A stretch of 64,000 nt of DNA from Prevotella sp. Its GTDB lineage: Bacteria > Bacteroidota > Bacteroidia > Bacteroidales > Dysgonomonadaceae. Below are positions 20,337 to 32,046 of this stretch, piece by piece. The notes beneath the pieces are model-generated. The model ran no database searches. It was not told where the DNA came from and worked only from the letters and a program-made list of their open reading frames with translations. Location: NCBI GenBank assembly GCA_031285625.1, contig JAITVV010000063.1, forward strand, positions 64,001 to 128,000. Reading direction: 5' to 3'. How positions within the stretch are numbered: the stretch's first letter is position 1; every line of letters starts with the position of its first letter. A program made the translations under genes and the position numbers.

Positions 20337-23300
20337 CTATTTTTTAGTAATTAGCTTTAATGTTATGCACTCATAGGGTTTAAGCCAGAAAGAAGAATCA
20401 TCAAACTCCTTTGTCTGCTTCTGGTTGTGATTGCATACAAACACTTTTTCAGCTTGTAAGCTTCCCCAGATAAAAGATGAATGAACACTCTGATCGTTCA
20501 TATTCAACAATCTCAATATATATCCATTGCCGTCATCAGAAGGCTTAATTGTGGAAACAGAAATCTGATTTTTCCCTTTAAGCCTGAAGAGAGTTTCTAC
20601 TCCGGCAGGTTTGTCAGATAAAACTGTAATCATCTTTTGTGCCTGCTCCAACCCCTGTTTTTTTAATTGAGGTTCAAACGGATCGAAAAGCTCCAGCGAA
20701 TAGCGGAATATAGTTATGCCCTCCTGTGAAGCTTTATAATTAGTCCTCCACGAATTATTCATCGCCCATGAATAGATTTTGGGAGAAATTATGGCAGAAG
20801 ACCTCCATCCCAAACCACTTTGTTCTGACCGCCAGACATCGCTGCTCATTTCACCCAGCTCTACGAAAGGAGCATCAATTGTTGTCAAATAAATACCATG
20901 GCTCAGGTTACTTGCACTAAGGCAATTTTGTATAGAATAATAGTTCTTATTTACGCCGGTCAACTGTTCACGTTCCGGATGCATTTCACTCATAGCCAAA
21001 TCCATTGAAATCTCACCATGCTCGATATTAAATGGAAAAACAAAGCGAACATTCTCCGGTTTATAGATATTTTTTTTATCTACAGTATTAATAATATCTA
21101 TACGCCCAAGCTCTTTATAAACGGTCACATCTCTCAATAGAGAATGACAACCCGGAGCATCAGATTCAATACGCAATGTAGCAGCTACTTCTCCGTCATC
21201 TAATACTGTTATCCGTTTGATGTTATCCACCCATTGAGGATCTGAAGCGAGCCGTCCGGTATATACATAATCATTCAATCCTCGTTCTGAAGCATAATTA
21301 TATTTTTCTCCTGTTTTAGTCAAGGTAGAAATCGTCCCTTTCACTTTATCTATTTCAATATGTATGATACCATTGTCCAGTACATTATCTTGAATCATAG
21401 ATTTTATTCCGGTATTCTTTCTCGTATCATCTACAATTTGATATACAGAAGAAGAAAGAGCAGCTATCTCTTTTACCACAAAAATCCAGCTTCCATCATG
21501 TAACCTTTGCAACGGGATCAGATTCCCTGACGGTGACATTAAAGCTTTACCTTGCAGGTCTACAGTCTTGTCGATCTTTACAATATCGCTTCTCTTCCAG
21601 AGATTTGTATTGAATACATGTATATAATTTCCATTATCGGATTGAATCCCGTCAAGAACATCCGTATATAGTTTCTTTGATTGGGAATCGGCATTATCTG
21701 CATAGAGCTTTTTACCTGCCCATAATTTCTTGGTGAACTCCGACTCCGGTTCCGGGCCACTGGCTGATGCCCCCCATGTATGTTCGGAGAAAAGAACTAC
21801 ATTTTTCCAAGCTTCTAAGAAATCATTAACAGGAAATAGTTTCGGATTAAGCATTCCCCATAAGATTTCTGTCTGGTTCAACCGCTCAGAACTCTCACGG
21901 TTCATAGCCAGTTCGCGGGCAGTAGACGCAGCACCATCTTCCCAAGTTGGCGTCATATCGCCACTATAAACAGGTATATCATTTTTATACTCCTTCTCAA
22001 ACTCAGAAAAAAGTTCTTTAGTTGTACCTATATAAAATTGGGGAGAATCATATTTTTCATTCCATTCTTTAATGACATCAGGCATCAATTCATCCGGTGG
22101 CCCATTATCTCCATTCACAGTATACCGGAGATAGCATGTAGAGTATGGGTATTCACGGGCTTCCAAGTTTGTCAGATATTCCCATATAGGAGTAAGCCCG
22201 CACACAGAAAGACGGTTTGCCAGCCACCCGTGAAATAAAGAATATCCTCTACCCGTTTGCCAAAATAATATCTTTTCTTTTCCTGATTGCGACTGCCAAT
22301 AGAACGGTTTGTCTCCCCATTTCACATGTAAATGAGCAGCCCTGTCGTTTCCTACTTTTCCATAGAAAGGTACATAATTAGGCCCTGCCGAATAATATTT
22401 AACTCCATTCTGCGCCATTGCAGTAACCATTCCCCAAGATTGTCCCGGAACATCACTCATCATTGCTGTATTAAACTCGACGCCGGTCAAACGGGATATT
22501 TTATGCGCGTCATCAAATAAATGCATCAGTTCTTCCTGCTTGCAAATTCCTGTAAGAATACTACCAAGAGAAGCATCTACACCTAGCGTACCATCCTGAA
22601 TAGCATGAATTATTTTATCATATTTTTCAGTACCTTTATAATGCTCCAGATAACCCATCAGAGCCCATGTAGCCTCAGAATTCCATTTAAACCTCGAACC
22701 TTCGGGGTTACTTGCCGAACGTTCAGCCAACTCTAATGCCCGGTCAAAATTGCGCCACTGTAACTTCATCACATCATCCTGAGCATGAGTATATCCTATA
22801 TCCAAATGTGAATGAGGCAGGAAATAGAGCTTCCACTGGCGCGCACCCGGTATATTGTATTCTTTTTCCACATTTCCCTGACGAGTGGATAGTTTAATTT
22901 TCAGATCGGCGCTTTCTTCCATATATCCGGGAGGAAACAGGGCTTCTACAGAAGATATCCCGATTGGAGAAGGATCTATTACTTTAGACCACGTTTGCCC
23001 GTTTATAGCAAAATCCAATTGACCACCACAATAGAGAGGAGCATCCAATTTCAACACATATTCACGCGAGGGGCCATTATCCGTTTTCAGATAACCTTGA
23101 GATGCCTCAAAAGAAATATCTGATAGTTTATCTAATTTTGCAATCTGCTTATTTTCTTTCTGATAAAATCTAATCTCGCTCAGTCCATAATAATCTATAT
23201 TCTGATGCATATCACTTGCTTCCCTTAGAATAAGCTTGTTGTTACGATCGTAATAATTACCATCCTTAGTGTCTGCTGTTATACAAAGATATTTTATTTT

Positions 23301-23815
23301 AATACCTCCTGTTTCCAATGTGAAGCTTGCAGGTTCGGGATTTCGGCCTACAGATTCTTTTATTATATGATAATCCAGCCCCTTATTCTTTAACAGCTTC
23401 CAAGTCTTTCCATCAGCAGAATATTCAATGTATATTTTTTCAGTCCCCGGCGAGTATGTTGGCTTTGGTTTTGATTCCATATCCTGATTAAGTCTACATG
23501 TACCGGAGCCGGAGTTTTACCAATTTCACACATAAACCAGACAACTCCTTCTTTTGTAAACTCATTTGCACGCACTCTTTCTGCCGACACCTTAGATGTC
23601 CACATTTTCATTCCCAGATTCTGCGCAATATGCATATCATCTTGCATTCCTTCCCCATTTACAGCTTCCATAGCCGTTGCTTTAGGCAATTCACTGCTCG
23701 CAGTAGCAGAAACCTGATCAGAAGGAACTTGAGTATATACTTTTACATTCTGACCAAACAACTGTATGGAGCTTAACAATATACAAAGAGTGATGAAACA
23801 TCTGTTAATAATCAT
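20337..23815 (-). pseudogene. GH38-like alpha-mannosidase with N-terminal discoidin-like domain, split by a frameshift (mutation or sequencing error)
   Basis: ORF 23390-23890 (signal peptide from ATG 23815, ...HTRRGLKK) joins ORF 20337-23480 (KIYIEYSADGKTW...) if one A is added to the A6 run at 23435-23440. GH38 motifs PHSHLDIGYT and MMSDVPG. Confidence 0.8.
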
Positions 23816-23951
23816 AATTTTAGATTTTCTTTTAGTTTTATCATAGCATCTATTTAGTTTATCTCCTTCAGCGAGTTTTGTGTTTCTCAATAATTATTGC
23901 TGATAATTGGATTTTAGAATATAGTTTCTTTAGTTTAAACTTAGTTTACAT

Positions 23952-23963
23952 ATGTATAAACAT
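23952..23963. promoter_or_regulatory. Putative GntR operator (ATGTATAAACAT) upstream of the GH38-GH92-susCD operon
   Basis: Near-palindrome downstream (minus strand) of a -7-like TATATTAG. Confidence 0.6.
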
Positions 23964-24454
23964 AGTTTCATGCCGCTAATATATAAAATGTTTTTATTTC
24001 AAGCATAATTTTCATCAATTTTTTTCTAAAAACAGCAAAAAAAATTATATTAACAATTAAATATTTATGAAATAATTATCTTATTATTAATGAAATAATA
24101 GTTATTTATATATAAATGCAAATGGTAATACCGATGTAAGCAAAGTTGTAATTACATAGTAATTATTGTTTGAACAATAATTAACAAAAACTCAATAAAA
24201 AATAGCTAGAGATGAACTCTAAATCGGATATAAATAATATAAGTCACCTTTATTCGGTACTCCTTATTTTAATTTACCTCTGAATACAAGCTGGAATATC
24301 ACATACGACAACAAATCCCATAATGATAAATATGTATATATATATAAAGATGCAAGTAAAGTAATAATAAATATTAATAGTGAAACAAATAATAAAAAAA
24401 GGTTCTTAATATTTTGAAAATTAGAAAAAACTAGCTTTCTTTACAATTCAATAA

Positions 24455-24466
24455 ATGTATGAACAT
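24455..24466. promoter_or_regulatory. Putative GntR operator (ATGTATGAACAT) upstream of the plus-strand GH92
   Basis: Exact reverse complement of the 31941 site; 44 bp before ATG 24511. Confidence 0.6.
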
Positions 24467-24510
24467 ATAGTATATAATAATCTTAAACTAACTATAAACA
24501 CCTATTAATA

Positions 24511-27500
24511 ATGAAAAGAAAGAACCTCTTATTGATTATTGCAATATGCCTTACTGCAACAATCACTTATGCCAAACAGGCACCGCCTCATAAAATATGG
24601 GCGATAGGCACAGAAAACAATTCTTCTTCAGATTTTGCATTAGGACCGAAAGACTTCAGGCAATTTCTAGCGAATGATTTTGGATATGAGGACAAATTTT
24701 ATTTGATAAATCATTCCGACATAAAAAGAGACTTTCCTTATGTCCTGCCCGGCCCCACTGACACATGGGGAGGCACATGGCCAACATCAGGTTGGCGGAC
24801 ACATCAGGTCAATATTTTATTTGGCCTGGATAATTTACCCAATAACGGAGATTATAAATTAGTCATTAATTTATTAGACTACGCCAAAACATTTTTGCCT
24901 CTGGTAAAAGTCAGTATAAACACACAAGACGAAAAATTTCAATTGGGTGATCAGGCTACTCTTGCAAAACAACGCAAGGCCAATAATCAGGAAGCCGTAA
25001 CAGACACCCTTGCTATTGCAGGAGACTTGCGTAATTCTACATACAAAGCATTGGAAATACCTATAAACAGGAATATATTGAAAAAAGGTGGCAATATTGT
25101 CACAATAACCGTACTTGAAGGGTCGTGGATACTATTTGATGAAGTACACATGGAAGGGCCTGAAGGTATAAAAGTTACAACAGCTAATAATTTCTTTATA
25201 AGAGATGTATATCCTGCACCATACGAAATAGCCAATACAAAGAACAGACATCAGCCTCTTATCGTAGATACCCAATGGCTGGAGGGATCTTCAAAAATAA
25301 GTGTACAACTGGATGGCAAAGAAATACTCAGCCAAACAATCGAAGCCGGGAGATACCAACTAGAAGCACCTATGCCTCAGGTTAAACAAGAGAGAAACAG
25401 CAAATACCGCATACTAAAAGATGGTGTAGAAATAGAACAGGGAGTAGTAAAAAGAGCCCCTCAAAAACTACAGACAAATGCGGATTACGTAGATACCCGC
25501 ATTGGGACAGCCCATTCGCGCTGGATGATTGCCCCAGGACCATGGATGCCATTCAGTATGGTAAAAATGAGTCCGGATAATCAGAATAACGGTTGGCAAG
25601 CAGGTTATCAACCATCATTCGAAAATATAGGATGTTTCAGTCATATACATGAATGGACTTTAGGAGGATTAGGTATTATGGCTACAAATGGCGAATTAAA
25701 AACAAATATTGGCGATGAACAAAAACCGGATGAAGGCTATCGCTCGCGTATCAATAAACGTACAGAAAAAGCTGACATCGGATATTATAGTGCCGATCTG
25801 ACCGATTACAATATTAAAGCCGAGGTCACAGCTACAACAAGGTGTGGTTTTGAGCGATTTACATTTCCTAAAGACAGGAGTGGGTCTCGTATTATGATTG
25901 ACTTACATCCGCCGACAGAACAAAATTTCCAACTTAAACAAATAAAACTTAATAAAGTTAGTGACTATCGTATTGAGGGCTCCAGCCATCAGTTTTCGCC
26001 AAATGTATGGAGTTACGATGCCGATCAGGACTATACAGTACATTTTGTTATCGAATTTGATCAACCCATTAAAAGCATGGGAAGCTGGGTAGAAAAGAAT
26101 ATCTCGAATAACGTAAATGAACTTATTACAGGAGAGTGTAAGGATGCAGGGGTATTTGTTGAATTCGATCAAACAAAACATCCTATAGTACAGGTGCGTT
26201 CGGGTATATCGTTAGTAAGCATTGCAAATGCAAACGAAAACTTAAAAACAGAAGTCACAGACAAATTTGGATGGAATTTTGAGGCAGTACGTCAAAATCA
26301 GGTAAATACGTGGAATGATATTTTCGATCGTATGAAGATAACCACTAACGACCGCCTCGAAAAAGTACGTTTCTATAATAATATGTACAGGGCAACCTGT
26401 AGCCGTAATACATGGAGTGATGTAAATGGAGAATGGATATCTACAGATGGAAAAAAACGTAAAGTTGCAGATCCGTCAAATGATGTAATGCTAGGTTGTG
26501 ACGCATTCTGGAATACATTCTGGAACCTGAATCAATTCTGGAATCTGGTTACTCCGGAATGGAGCAGTAAATGGGTTAAATCTCAGCTATCTATGTATAA
26601 CGCAAACGGATGGCTTGCCAAAGGCCCTGCAGGAATGAACTATATACCTGTAATGGTAGGAGAGCATGAAATTCCTCTTATTGTAGGTGCATATCAGATG
26701 GGGATACGTGATTTTGATGCCAATAAAGCATTGGAGGCTGCTATAAAGATGCAGACAACGCCAGCACAAAAAGTATTTAAAGGATATGCTGGAAACCGCG
26801 ACCTTGTACATTACATGAAATATAAATATGTACCGTCAGACCTGGGACGCTTCTCCAATACAATGGAATACTCATACGATGACTGGACTGTAGGTCAATT
26901 AGCCAAAGCGTTAGGTAATAACGAGGTATACAACATATTCAATGATCGCGGCTACTGGTGGAAAAATGTTATCAGTGACGAAGGATATTGTCACATGAAG
27001 GATAGTAGCGGCAAATGGATGGAAAACTTCGATCCGTTCCGCAGTGGAGCCAACCATCATTATGTGGAAGGAAATGCCTGGCAACTAACATTCTTTGTCC
27101 CGCAAGATGTACCCGCATTAGTTGAAAAGATTGGAAAAGAACGTTTTCTCGATCGCCTCGAATGGGGATTCAACCAAGATGAATCATGGCGTTACAATGC
27201 TCCGAATGATCAATATTGGGATCATCCGATTGTTCAGGGAAATCAACAATCAATGCATTTTGCATTCTTATTCAGCTGGGCAGGAAAACCATGGCTAACC
27301 CAAAGATGGAGCCGCTCAATACTCGACCGTTATTATGGTTATGAACCCGCAAATGCATATCTTGGAGATGAAGACCAGGGACAAATGAGCGCCTGGGCAA
27401 TTATGGCCACCATCGGACTATTTCAGGTTGACGGCGGAGCACGTGTAGACCCTATCTATGAAATTGCAAGCCCATTGTTTGAGAAGGTTGAAATTGACCT

Positions 27501-27702
27501 GGGAAACAAATATGGACGCGGTAAGAAGTTCACCATCGAAGCAAAAAATGCATCTAAGAAGAATATGTATGTACAAAAAGCTGTATTAAACGGCAAGACT
27601 TTAAATACATTCCATTTTCCTGCATCCGAATTATTAAAAGGAGGTAGCCTTGTTCTTGAAATGGGAGATACTCCTAATACAAACTGGGGTATTGGCAAAT
27701 AA
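24511..27702 (+). CDS. GH92 alpha-mannosidase with an N-terminal accessory beta-sandwich extension
   Basis: About 320-aa N-terminal extension, then YVDTRIGT, PFSMV, SNTMEYS, VEGNAWQ, QGNQQ, GDEDQGQMSAW. Confidence 0.92.
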   Translation: MKRKNLLLIIAICLTATITYAKQAPPHKIWAIGTENNSSSDFALGPKDFRQFLANDFGYEDKFYLINHSDIKRDFPYVLPGPTDTWGGTWPTSGWRTHQVNILFGLDNLPNNGDYKLVINLLDYAKTFLPLVKVSINTQDEKFQLGDQATLAKQRKANNQEAVTDTLAIAGDLRNSTYKALEIPINRNILKKGGNIVTITVLEGSWILFDEVHMEGPEGIKVTTANNFFIRDVYPAPYEIANTKNRHQPLIVDTQWLEGSSKISVQLDGKEILSQTIEAGRYQLEAPMPQVKQERNSKYRILKDGVEIEQGVVKRAPQKLQTNADYVDTRIGTAHSRWMIAPGPWMPFSMVKMSPDNQNNGWQAGYQPSFENIGCFSHIHEWTLGGLGIMATNGELKTNIGDEQKPDEGYRSRINKRTEKADIGYYSADLTDYNIKAEVTATTRCGFERFTFPKDRSGSRIMIDLHPPTEQNFQLKQIKLNKVSDYRIEGSSHQFSPNVWSYDADQDYTVHFVIEFDQPIKSMGSWVEKNISNNVNELITGECKDAGVFVEFDQTKHPIVQVRSGISLVSIANANENLKTEVTDKFGWNFEAVRQNQVNTWNDIFDRMKITTNDRLEKVRFYNNMYRATCSRNTWSDVNGEWISTDGKKRKVADPSNDVMLGCDAFWNTFWNLNQFWNLVTPEWSSKWVKSQLSMYNANGWLAKGPAGMNYIPVMVGEHEIPLIVGAYQMGIRDFDANKALEAAIKMQTTPAQKVFKGYAGNRDLVHYMKYKYVPSDLGRFSNTMEYSYDDWTVGQLAKALGNNEVYNIFNDRGYWWKNVISDEGYCHMKDSSGKWMENFDPFRSGANHHYVEGNAWQLTFFVPQDVPALVEKIGKERFLDRLEWGFNQDESWRYNAPNDQYWDHPIVQGNQQSMHFAFLFSWAGKPWLTQRWSRSILDRYYGYEPANAYLGDEDQGQMSAWAIMATIGLFQVDGGARVDPIYEIASPLFEKVEIDLGNKYGRGKKFTIEAKNASKKNMYVQKAVLNGKTLNTFHFPASELLKGGSLVLEMGDTPNTNWGIGK

Positions 27703-27726
27703 TTTTTTAAGGTAGAGTTACTATGT

Positions 27727-27757
27727 ATTCCGGATAATCCCTGTGATTATCCGGAAT
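27727..27757. terminator. Stem-loop terminator between convergent GH92 and ROK genes
   Basis: ATTCCGGATAATC-CCTGT-GATTATCCGGAAT. Confidence 0.75.
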
Positions 27758-27889
27758 CATTTTATCTGCCTATAAGGATTTTCGAAGAATTCCTTTATTA
27801 AAAGAGATTTAGAATCAGTATATCTAAATAAATAATCCCTCAATTGATAAACAACCGAGGGATAACTTTCTATAATATAAAACAATCTG

Positions 27890-28987
27890 TTATGAGTCCA
27901 GTTGCTGTAAAGCATATGCATAAGCTCCATACATAACAGCCTCACTGGTACCTATATGGGATATTACAATACCCGTTTTTTTCGTTTTATTATAATGGAC
28001 AAGATCATCACTTCCTGGAATTTTTACCTGAATATCTTCATTCTGAAGAAACTTACTTTTATCTTCTTCATCCATCAAATTATATATATCCATCTGGGTT
28101 TTAGAGAATGAAGTTCCGCCAAACATATTGATGTCACCATCCAACTCTTTCATCACTCCCTTAAGTATATACTTTGATGCACCTGTAAGACCGCCCCCGA
28201 TAACAACTATGCCATCCACCAATGTTAACGCATATGTCATTATATCTCCAATCATCTCTCCCATTTCTTCGAAACTTCTGATAGCTGCATCACGGTCTCC
28301 ACTGATATTTCCTTCTGCAATATCAAAAATATCTTTTGGGGTAAGATTAGAAGTATCTTTACCTGACAACTCCTGATAAACCCTTTTTACAGCACGTATA
28401 CTTACACTTTCTTCAACGATATGATTCGGATATTTTTTGTTCTTCATTATCCACACATCACCCCCACAGCCATTATCTCCGGTAAGCAGAGTTTTATTGA
28501 TTACTACCCCGGCACCAAAACCGGTACCTAAAGTTATGCCTAATAAATTTGAATATCGTTTTGGATTTCCGGCATTACTCAGCCAATAATTCACCATAGG
28601 TAAAGCTCCATGTAAAGCTTCACCGTATGCAAATAGATTTCCATCATTATTGATATATACAGGAATCTGAAATTTAGCATACAGATATGGGCCTAATGCA
28701 ACACCTCCACGAAAAGCCTTAAAGTTAGGCAAATCACCGATTATACCATTTTTATAATCGGCAGGACCGGGAAAAGCAAAACTTATCGCTACAGGCTCGG
28801 TATCCAGAGTCGATTTGATAGTTTCAAAACCATATACAAGCTGTTCCAGACATTTATCCAGATCATCTGAAACAGCAGGCAGGACAAAATGTTCGCCAAC
28901 CTCTTTATAGGCCTGAACTGCAGAAAAAACAAAATTTGTACCTCCGGCATCAAGAGTCAGAACTATCCGTTGATCGTTAATATACAT
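27890..28987 (-). CDS. ROK-family sugar kinase (probable hexo/mannokinase)
   Basis: LTLDAGGTNF, AFPGP, INNDGN, TLGTGFGAG, IGGG; start reassigned to ATG 28987 (MYINDQR). Confidence 0.9.
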   Translation of the reverse strand: MYINDQRIVLTLDAGGTNFVFSAVQAYKEVGEHFVLPAVSDDLDKCLEQLVYGFETIKSTLDTEPVAISFAFPGPADYKNGIIGDLPNFKAFRGGVALGPYLYAKFQIPVYINNDGNLFAYGEALHGALPMVNYWLSNAGNPKRYSNLLGITLGTGFGAGVVINKTLLTGDNGCGGDVWIMKNKKYPNHIVEESVSIRAVKRVYQELSGKDTSNLTPKDIFDIAEGNISGDRDAAIRSFEEMGEMIGDIMTYALTLVDGIVVIGGGLTGASKYILKGVMKELDGDINMFGGTSFSKTQMDIYNLMDEEDKSKFLQNEDIQVKIPGSDDLVHYNKTKKTGIVISHIGTSEAVMYGAYAYALQQLDS

Positions 28988-28991
28988 GGGT

Positions 28992-30152
28992 TTATGATTT
29001 TTTCTTAAATTTAAGTGATAATAAATAAATATATACCGCACTTAGCAGCAAAACTCCAAAACTAATACCTAACCCGAAGTGTTTTGCTACAATTCCCACT
29101 AATGGGGTAACAACTGCGCCTCCTGCTACCCCCATAATCATCAGAGAAGATATTTCATTAGCTTTCTGTGGACGATACTGCATAGCTAATGAAAATATTA
29201 CAGAGAAAACATTTGCACAGGTCAGTCCTATAATGAAAATTGCAGCAAACAACATCCATTTTTCTCCCAAAAACATAAGTATAAGAAATGCGGGAATGGC
29301 TACAATCATATTAATTTTCATGAATTTTGAAGGATCTACTTTCAATAGAATAATAGATCCTAAAAATGCACCCAGGGTTCTTGCACCAAAATACAAACTT
29401 GAACCCAGAGTTGCATCTTCTGTTGAAAAGCCAAGCCTCTGCTCCAAAAGTTGTGGGGTATTTACATTCATACAAACATCGATGCCCACGATTAATAAAA
29501 TACCCAGAAACATCTGTAAAATAAGACTATCTTTCAGCAATCCCAGAGTATTGGTAAAAGAAGCCTGTGCTGTATCAATATTTTCCTCTTTTTTGATGGG
29601 TACCAGATACAACCAAGCAAACGATATAAGAGATGTTACAGCAAATACTAACAATATTAATTTCCAGTCGCCATAGTTTTTTACAGCTATACTGGCTATG
29701 ATTGGGCCTACAAAAGAAGATACAGCTTTGATAAATTGCCCGAATGTAAGAGTACCTGCCAATTTATTATCATCTACTATGCTGGCAACCAAAGGATTTA
29801 AAGAAACCTGCAATATCGTATTGCCAATACCCAAAAGGGCAAAGGAAAATATAACCACATAAAAGTTGTAAAAGAAAAAAGGTAAAGCCAGAGATATACA
29901 TTCTATCAGAATAGCCAATAACACGGTCTTTTTACGGCCGATACGGTTCATAAGCAATCCTGTAGGTATAGAGAAAATTGCGAACCAGAAAAAGACCATC
30001 ATCGGTATAATACTGGATGTAAGCTCATCAAGTGAGAAATCTTTTTTCAGATAATTCGTTGAAAGCCCCACAATATCGACCATTCCCATTACAAAAAAGC
30101 TAAAGAGGATAGGAATGAGTATTTTTATAGTATTTGATTTATTTGCTGTCAT
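28992..30152 (-). CDS. MFS sugar transporter (FucP-like)
   Basis: About 12 hydrophobic segments; FFVMG, RIGRKKT, LQVSLNP, GVAGGAV. Confidence 0.88.
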   Translation of the reverse strand: MTANKSNTIKILIPILFSFFVMGMVDIVGLSTNYLKKDFSLDELTSSIIPMMVFFWFAIFSIPTGLLMNRIGRKKTVLLAILIECISLALPFFFYNFYVVIFSFALLGIGNTILQVSLNPLVASIVDDNKLAGTLTFGQFIKAVSSFVGPIIASIAVKNYGDWKLILLVFAVTSLISFAWLYLVPIKKEENIDTAQASFTNTLGLLKDSLILQMFLGILLIVGIDVCMNVNTPQLLEQRLGFSTEDATLGSSLYFGARTLGAFLGSIILLKVDPSKFMKINMIVAIPAFLILMFLGEKWMLFAAIFIIGLTCANVFSVIFSLAMQYRPQKANEISSLMIMGVAGGAVVTPLVGIVAKHFGLGISFGVLLLSAVYIYLLSLKFKKKS

Positions 30153-30169
30153 AAAAATCCGTTATAAAA

Positions 30170-31900
30170 TTAAAACCTCACATATGCTTTTATTACCATA
30201 CATTCCTTTCCGGCAGAATCCCCGGTCGGTGTAATTGTGTACTCACCTAAAGCAGCAGGAATTATGAATGTTTCAGCGTAATGTACTATAAACGGTTCGA
30301 AATTTCCTTTTGGATCTTCCACTATAACTTCTTCTCCTTCTACAAGGTTTAACACATTAACGCTATTATTCGTTTTATGCCATGTTGTTTTAGAAAAACG
30401 GAATCTCCGGGTTTCTATAAACTCATTAGGATGAAGTCCTGTTCTTTCTTCCATCCATCCATCACCCTCCGATATGACTGAACATACATTCACTAAGTTC
30501 TTATATGTGTATTCCGTATCTCTCGACCAGTCTATTACTTTTTTACCTCTTTCTACATTTATCGGACGCGGCTTCCCGTCAAGGCCTAAACGCTCCCAGT
30601 CCCAGAGTTTGAAAGTAAATAAGTTAGGCGTAGAACTAATTTCCAAAACAACTCCCTGAGGCCCGGAGCAGTGTACCGTCCCGTTCGGTATCAGAAAATG
30701 GTCATGTTTTTTTGCCGGAATTTTATTTGTATACTTTTCAGCATCAAAAACCAATTCACCTTTCTGCGCTTTTTCCAGATCACTTATCATTTCATCTTTA
30801 GATATACCTGTTTTAAGGCCTAGATATACAACAGCGTCGTCTTTAGCATCCATCATATAATAGCTTTCATCCTGAGTATAATGAATCCCAAATGAATCAT
30901 GAACAAACTGAGTTGTAGGATGCACCTGCAAACTCAGGCTTCCACCCTGAACTGTATCCAGAAAATCGAAACGGATAGGAAATTCTTTACCAAAACGAGA
31001 TTCTACCGGCTCTCCCAACAAATCAAGGCTTTTTAATAGAACAAGATTCAAAGCCGGCATTTCAAACAGGATTCCATCTATGTTAAGATAAAGACTATTT
31101 TCTTCAGGAACACAATCGAAACACCATCCATAGTTTATATTATCATTATCAAGACCAAAAGTATCTTTCATCCATTGACCGCCCCACGGTGCAGGGTCAA
31201 AGAATGGAACTACCCTGAAAGGCTTTGTGACAGTAGCTTCAATCCCCTTGAAAAATGTTTCTTTATCTATCATCTTAGGCTTCCCCCTGTCATGAGTATC
31301 AAGCCAGTATGACACACGATGATACAATGTATGTTTATGCATATCACATATGCGCCAGTCATTGAAGTACCCCCGTTTATGTTGTATTGATATTGGCTCG
31401 TTTCTATCATCAATTCCAAGAGCAGAAATACTATGCGCACGAAAACGCTGCTGAATCTCCCACCGGGCCATATCAACATAGATTACACATGCTGATGATG
31501 GTACTACCAGAGACGCCCCACTACCTACAACGATTGCTGAGCCTCCATGTTTAGCTATCTTATTTTTTGCATTTTCCAGCTTCTCAGGATCAAAATAGTC
31601 TAATATTGACAAATTAGTTATATAACCAAATAGAACATCATCAGTCATAAACCGTCCTGTCATTCTCCGGATTTCTTGCTCACTCTTAAATAAATCTCTG
31701 GTATTAAAAAATAGTTCCGGCTGTAAAATACTCACCTGAGATATTACATCGTCCTCGTAAACACCCACATACATATCTATAGCCATAACCGGACATGACT
31801 TCAGCGTTTTCCCTAAAGATTTAATAATTTCATTCCATCCTACCAAGACAGCACCTGCAATTTTCGTAGCAGGATATTTGTCATAATTGGGCTTCCTCAT
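30170..31900 (-). CDS. manA: Class I mannose-6-phosphate isomerase (long form)
   Basis: PAPWGG, FPIRFDFLDT, LSLQVHP, QDESYY, IPNGTVH, VLEIS, WDWER.G.DG.PR. Confidence 0.85.
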   Translation of the reverse strand: MRKPNYDKYPATKIAGAVLVGWNEIIKSLGKTLKSCPVMAIDMYVGVYEDDVISQVSILQPELFFNTRDLFKSEQEIRRMTGRFMTDDVLFGYITNLSILDYFDPEKLENAKNKIAKHGGSAIVVGSGASLVVPSSACVIYVDMARWEIQQRFRAHSISALGIDDRNEPISIQHKRGYFNDWRICDMHKHTLYHRVSYWLDTHDRGKPKMIDKETFFKGIEATVTKPFRVVPFFDPAPWGGQWMKDTFGLDNDNINYGWCFDCVPEENSLYLNIDGILFEMPALNLVLLKSLDLLGEPVESRFGKEFPIRFDFLDTVQGGSLSLQVHPTTQFVHDSFGIHYTQDESYYMMDAKDDAVVYLGLKTGISKDEMISDLEKAQKGELVFDAEKYTNKIPAKKHDHFLIPNGTVHCSGPQGVVLEISSTPNLFTFKLWDWERLGLDGKPRPINVERGKKVIDWSRDTEYTYKNLVNVCSVISEGDGWMEERTGLHPNEFIETRRFRFSKTTWHKTNNSVNVLNLVEGEEVIVEDPKGNFEPFIVHYAETFIIPAALGEYTITPTGDSAGKECMVIKAYVRF

Positions 31901-31937
31901 AGTATATCATTCATTTTAATTAAAGATCATTTTAGAT

Positions 31938-31955
31938 AATATGTTCATACATATT
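31938..31955. promoter_or_regulatory. Putative GntR operator AATATGTTCATACATATT in the divergent manA/gntR promoter
   Basis: 7-bp inverted arms around TCAT; lies downstream of the manA -7 element TATATTTG (minus strand). Confidence 0.65.
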
Positions 31956-32046
31956 TACTATTGTGCAAATATATCAATCTTTTTTTGTTTACCAACATTT
32001 TTTTGTGTTATTTTGTGAAATAGTAGATAATTCAAAAAATGCATAT

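Noticed and set aside
23890-24510. Long AT-rich intergenic region with a TA run (24335-24346) and a degenerate fifth operator-like site (ATGTATATATAT at 24332)
   Set aside because: Explained as a divergent promoter region; no spaced repeats of CRISPR type; the fifth site lacks the conserved C and sits in low-complexity DNA.
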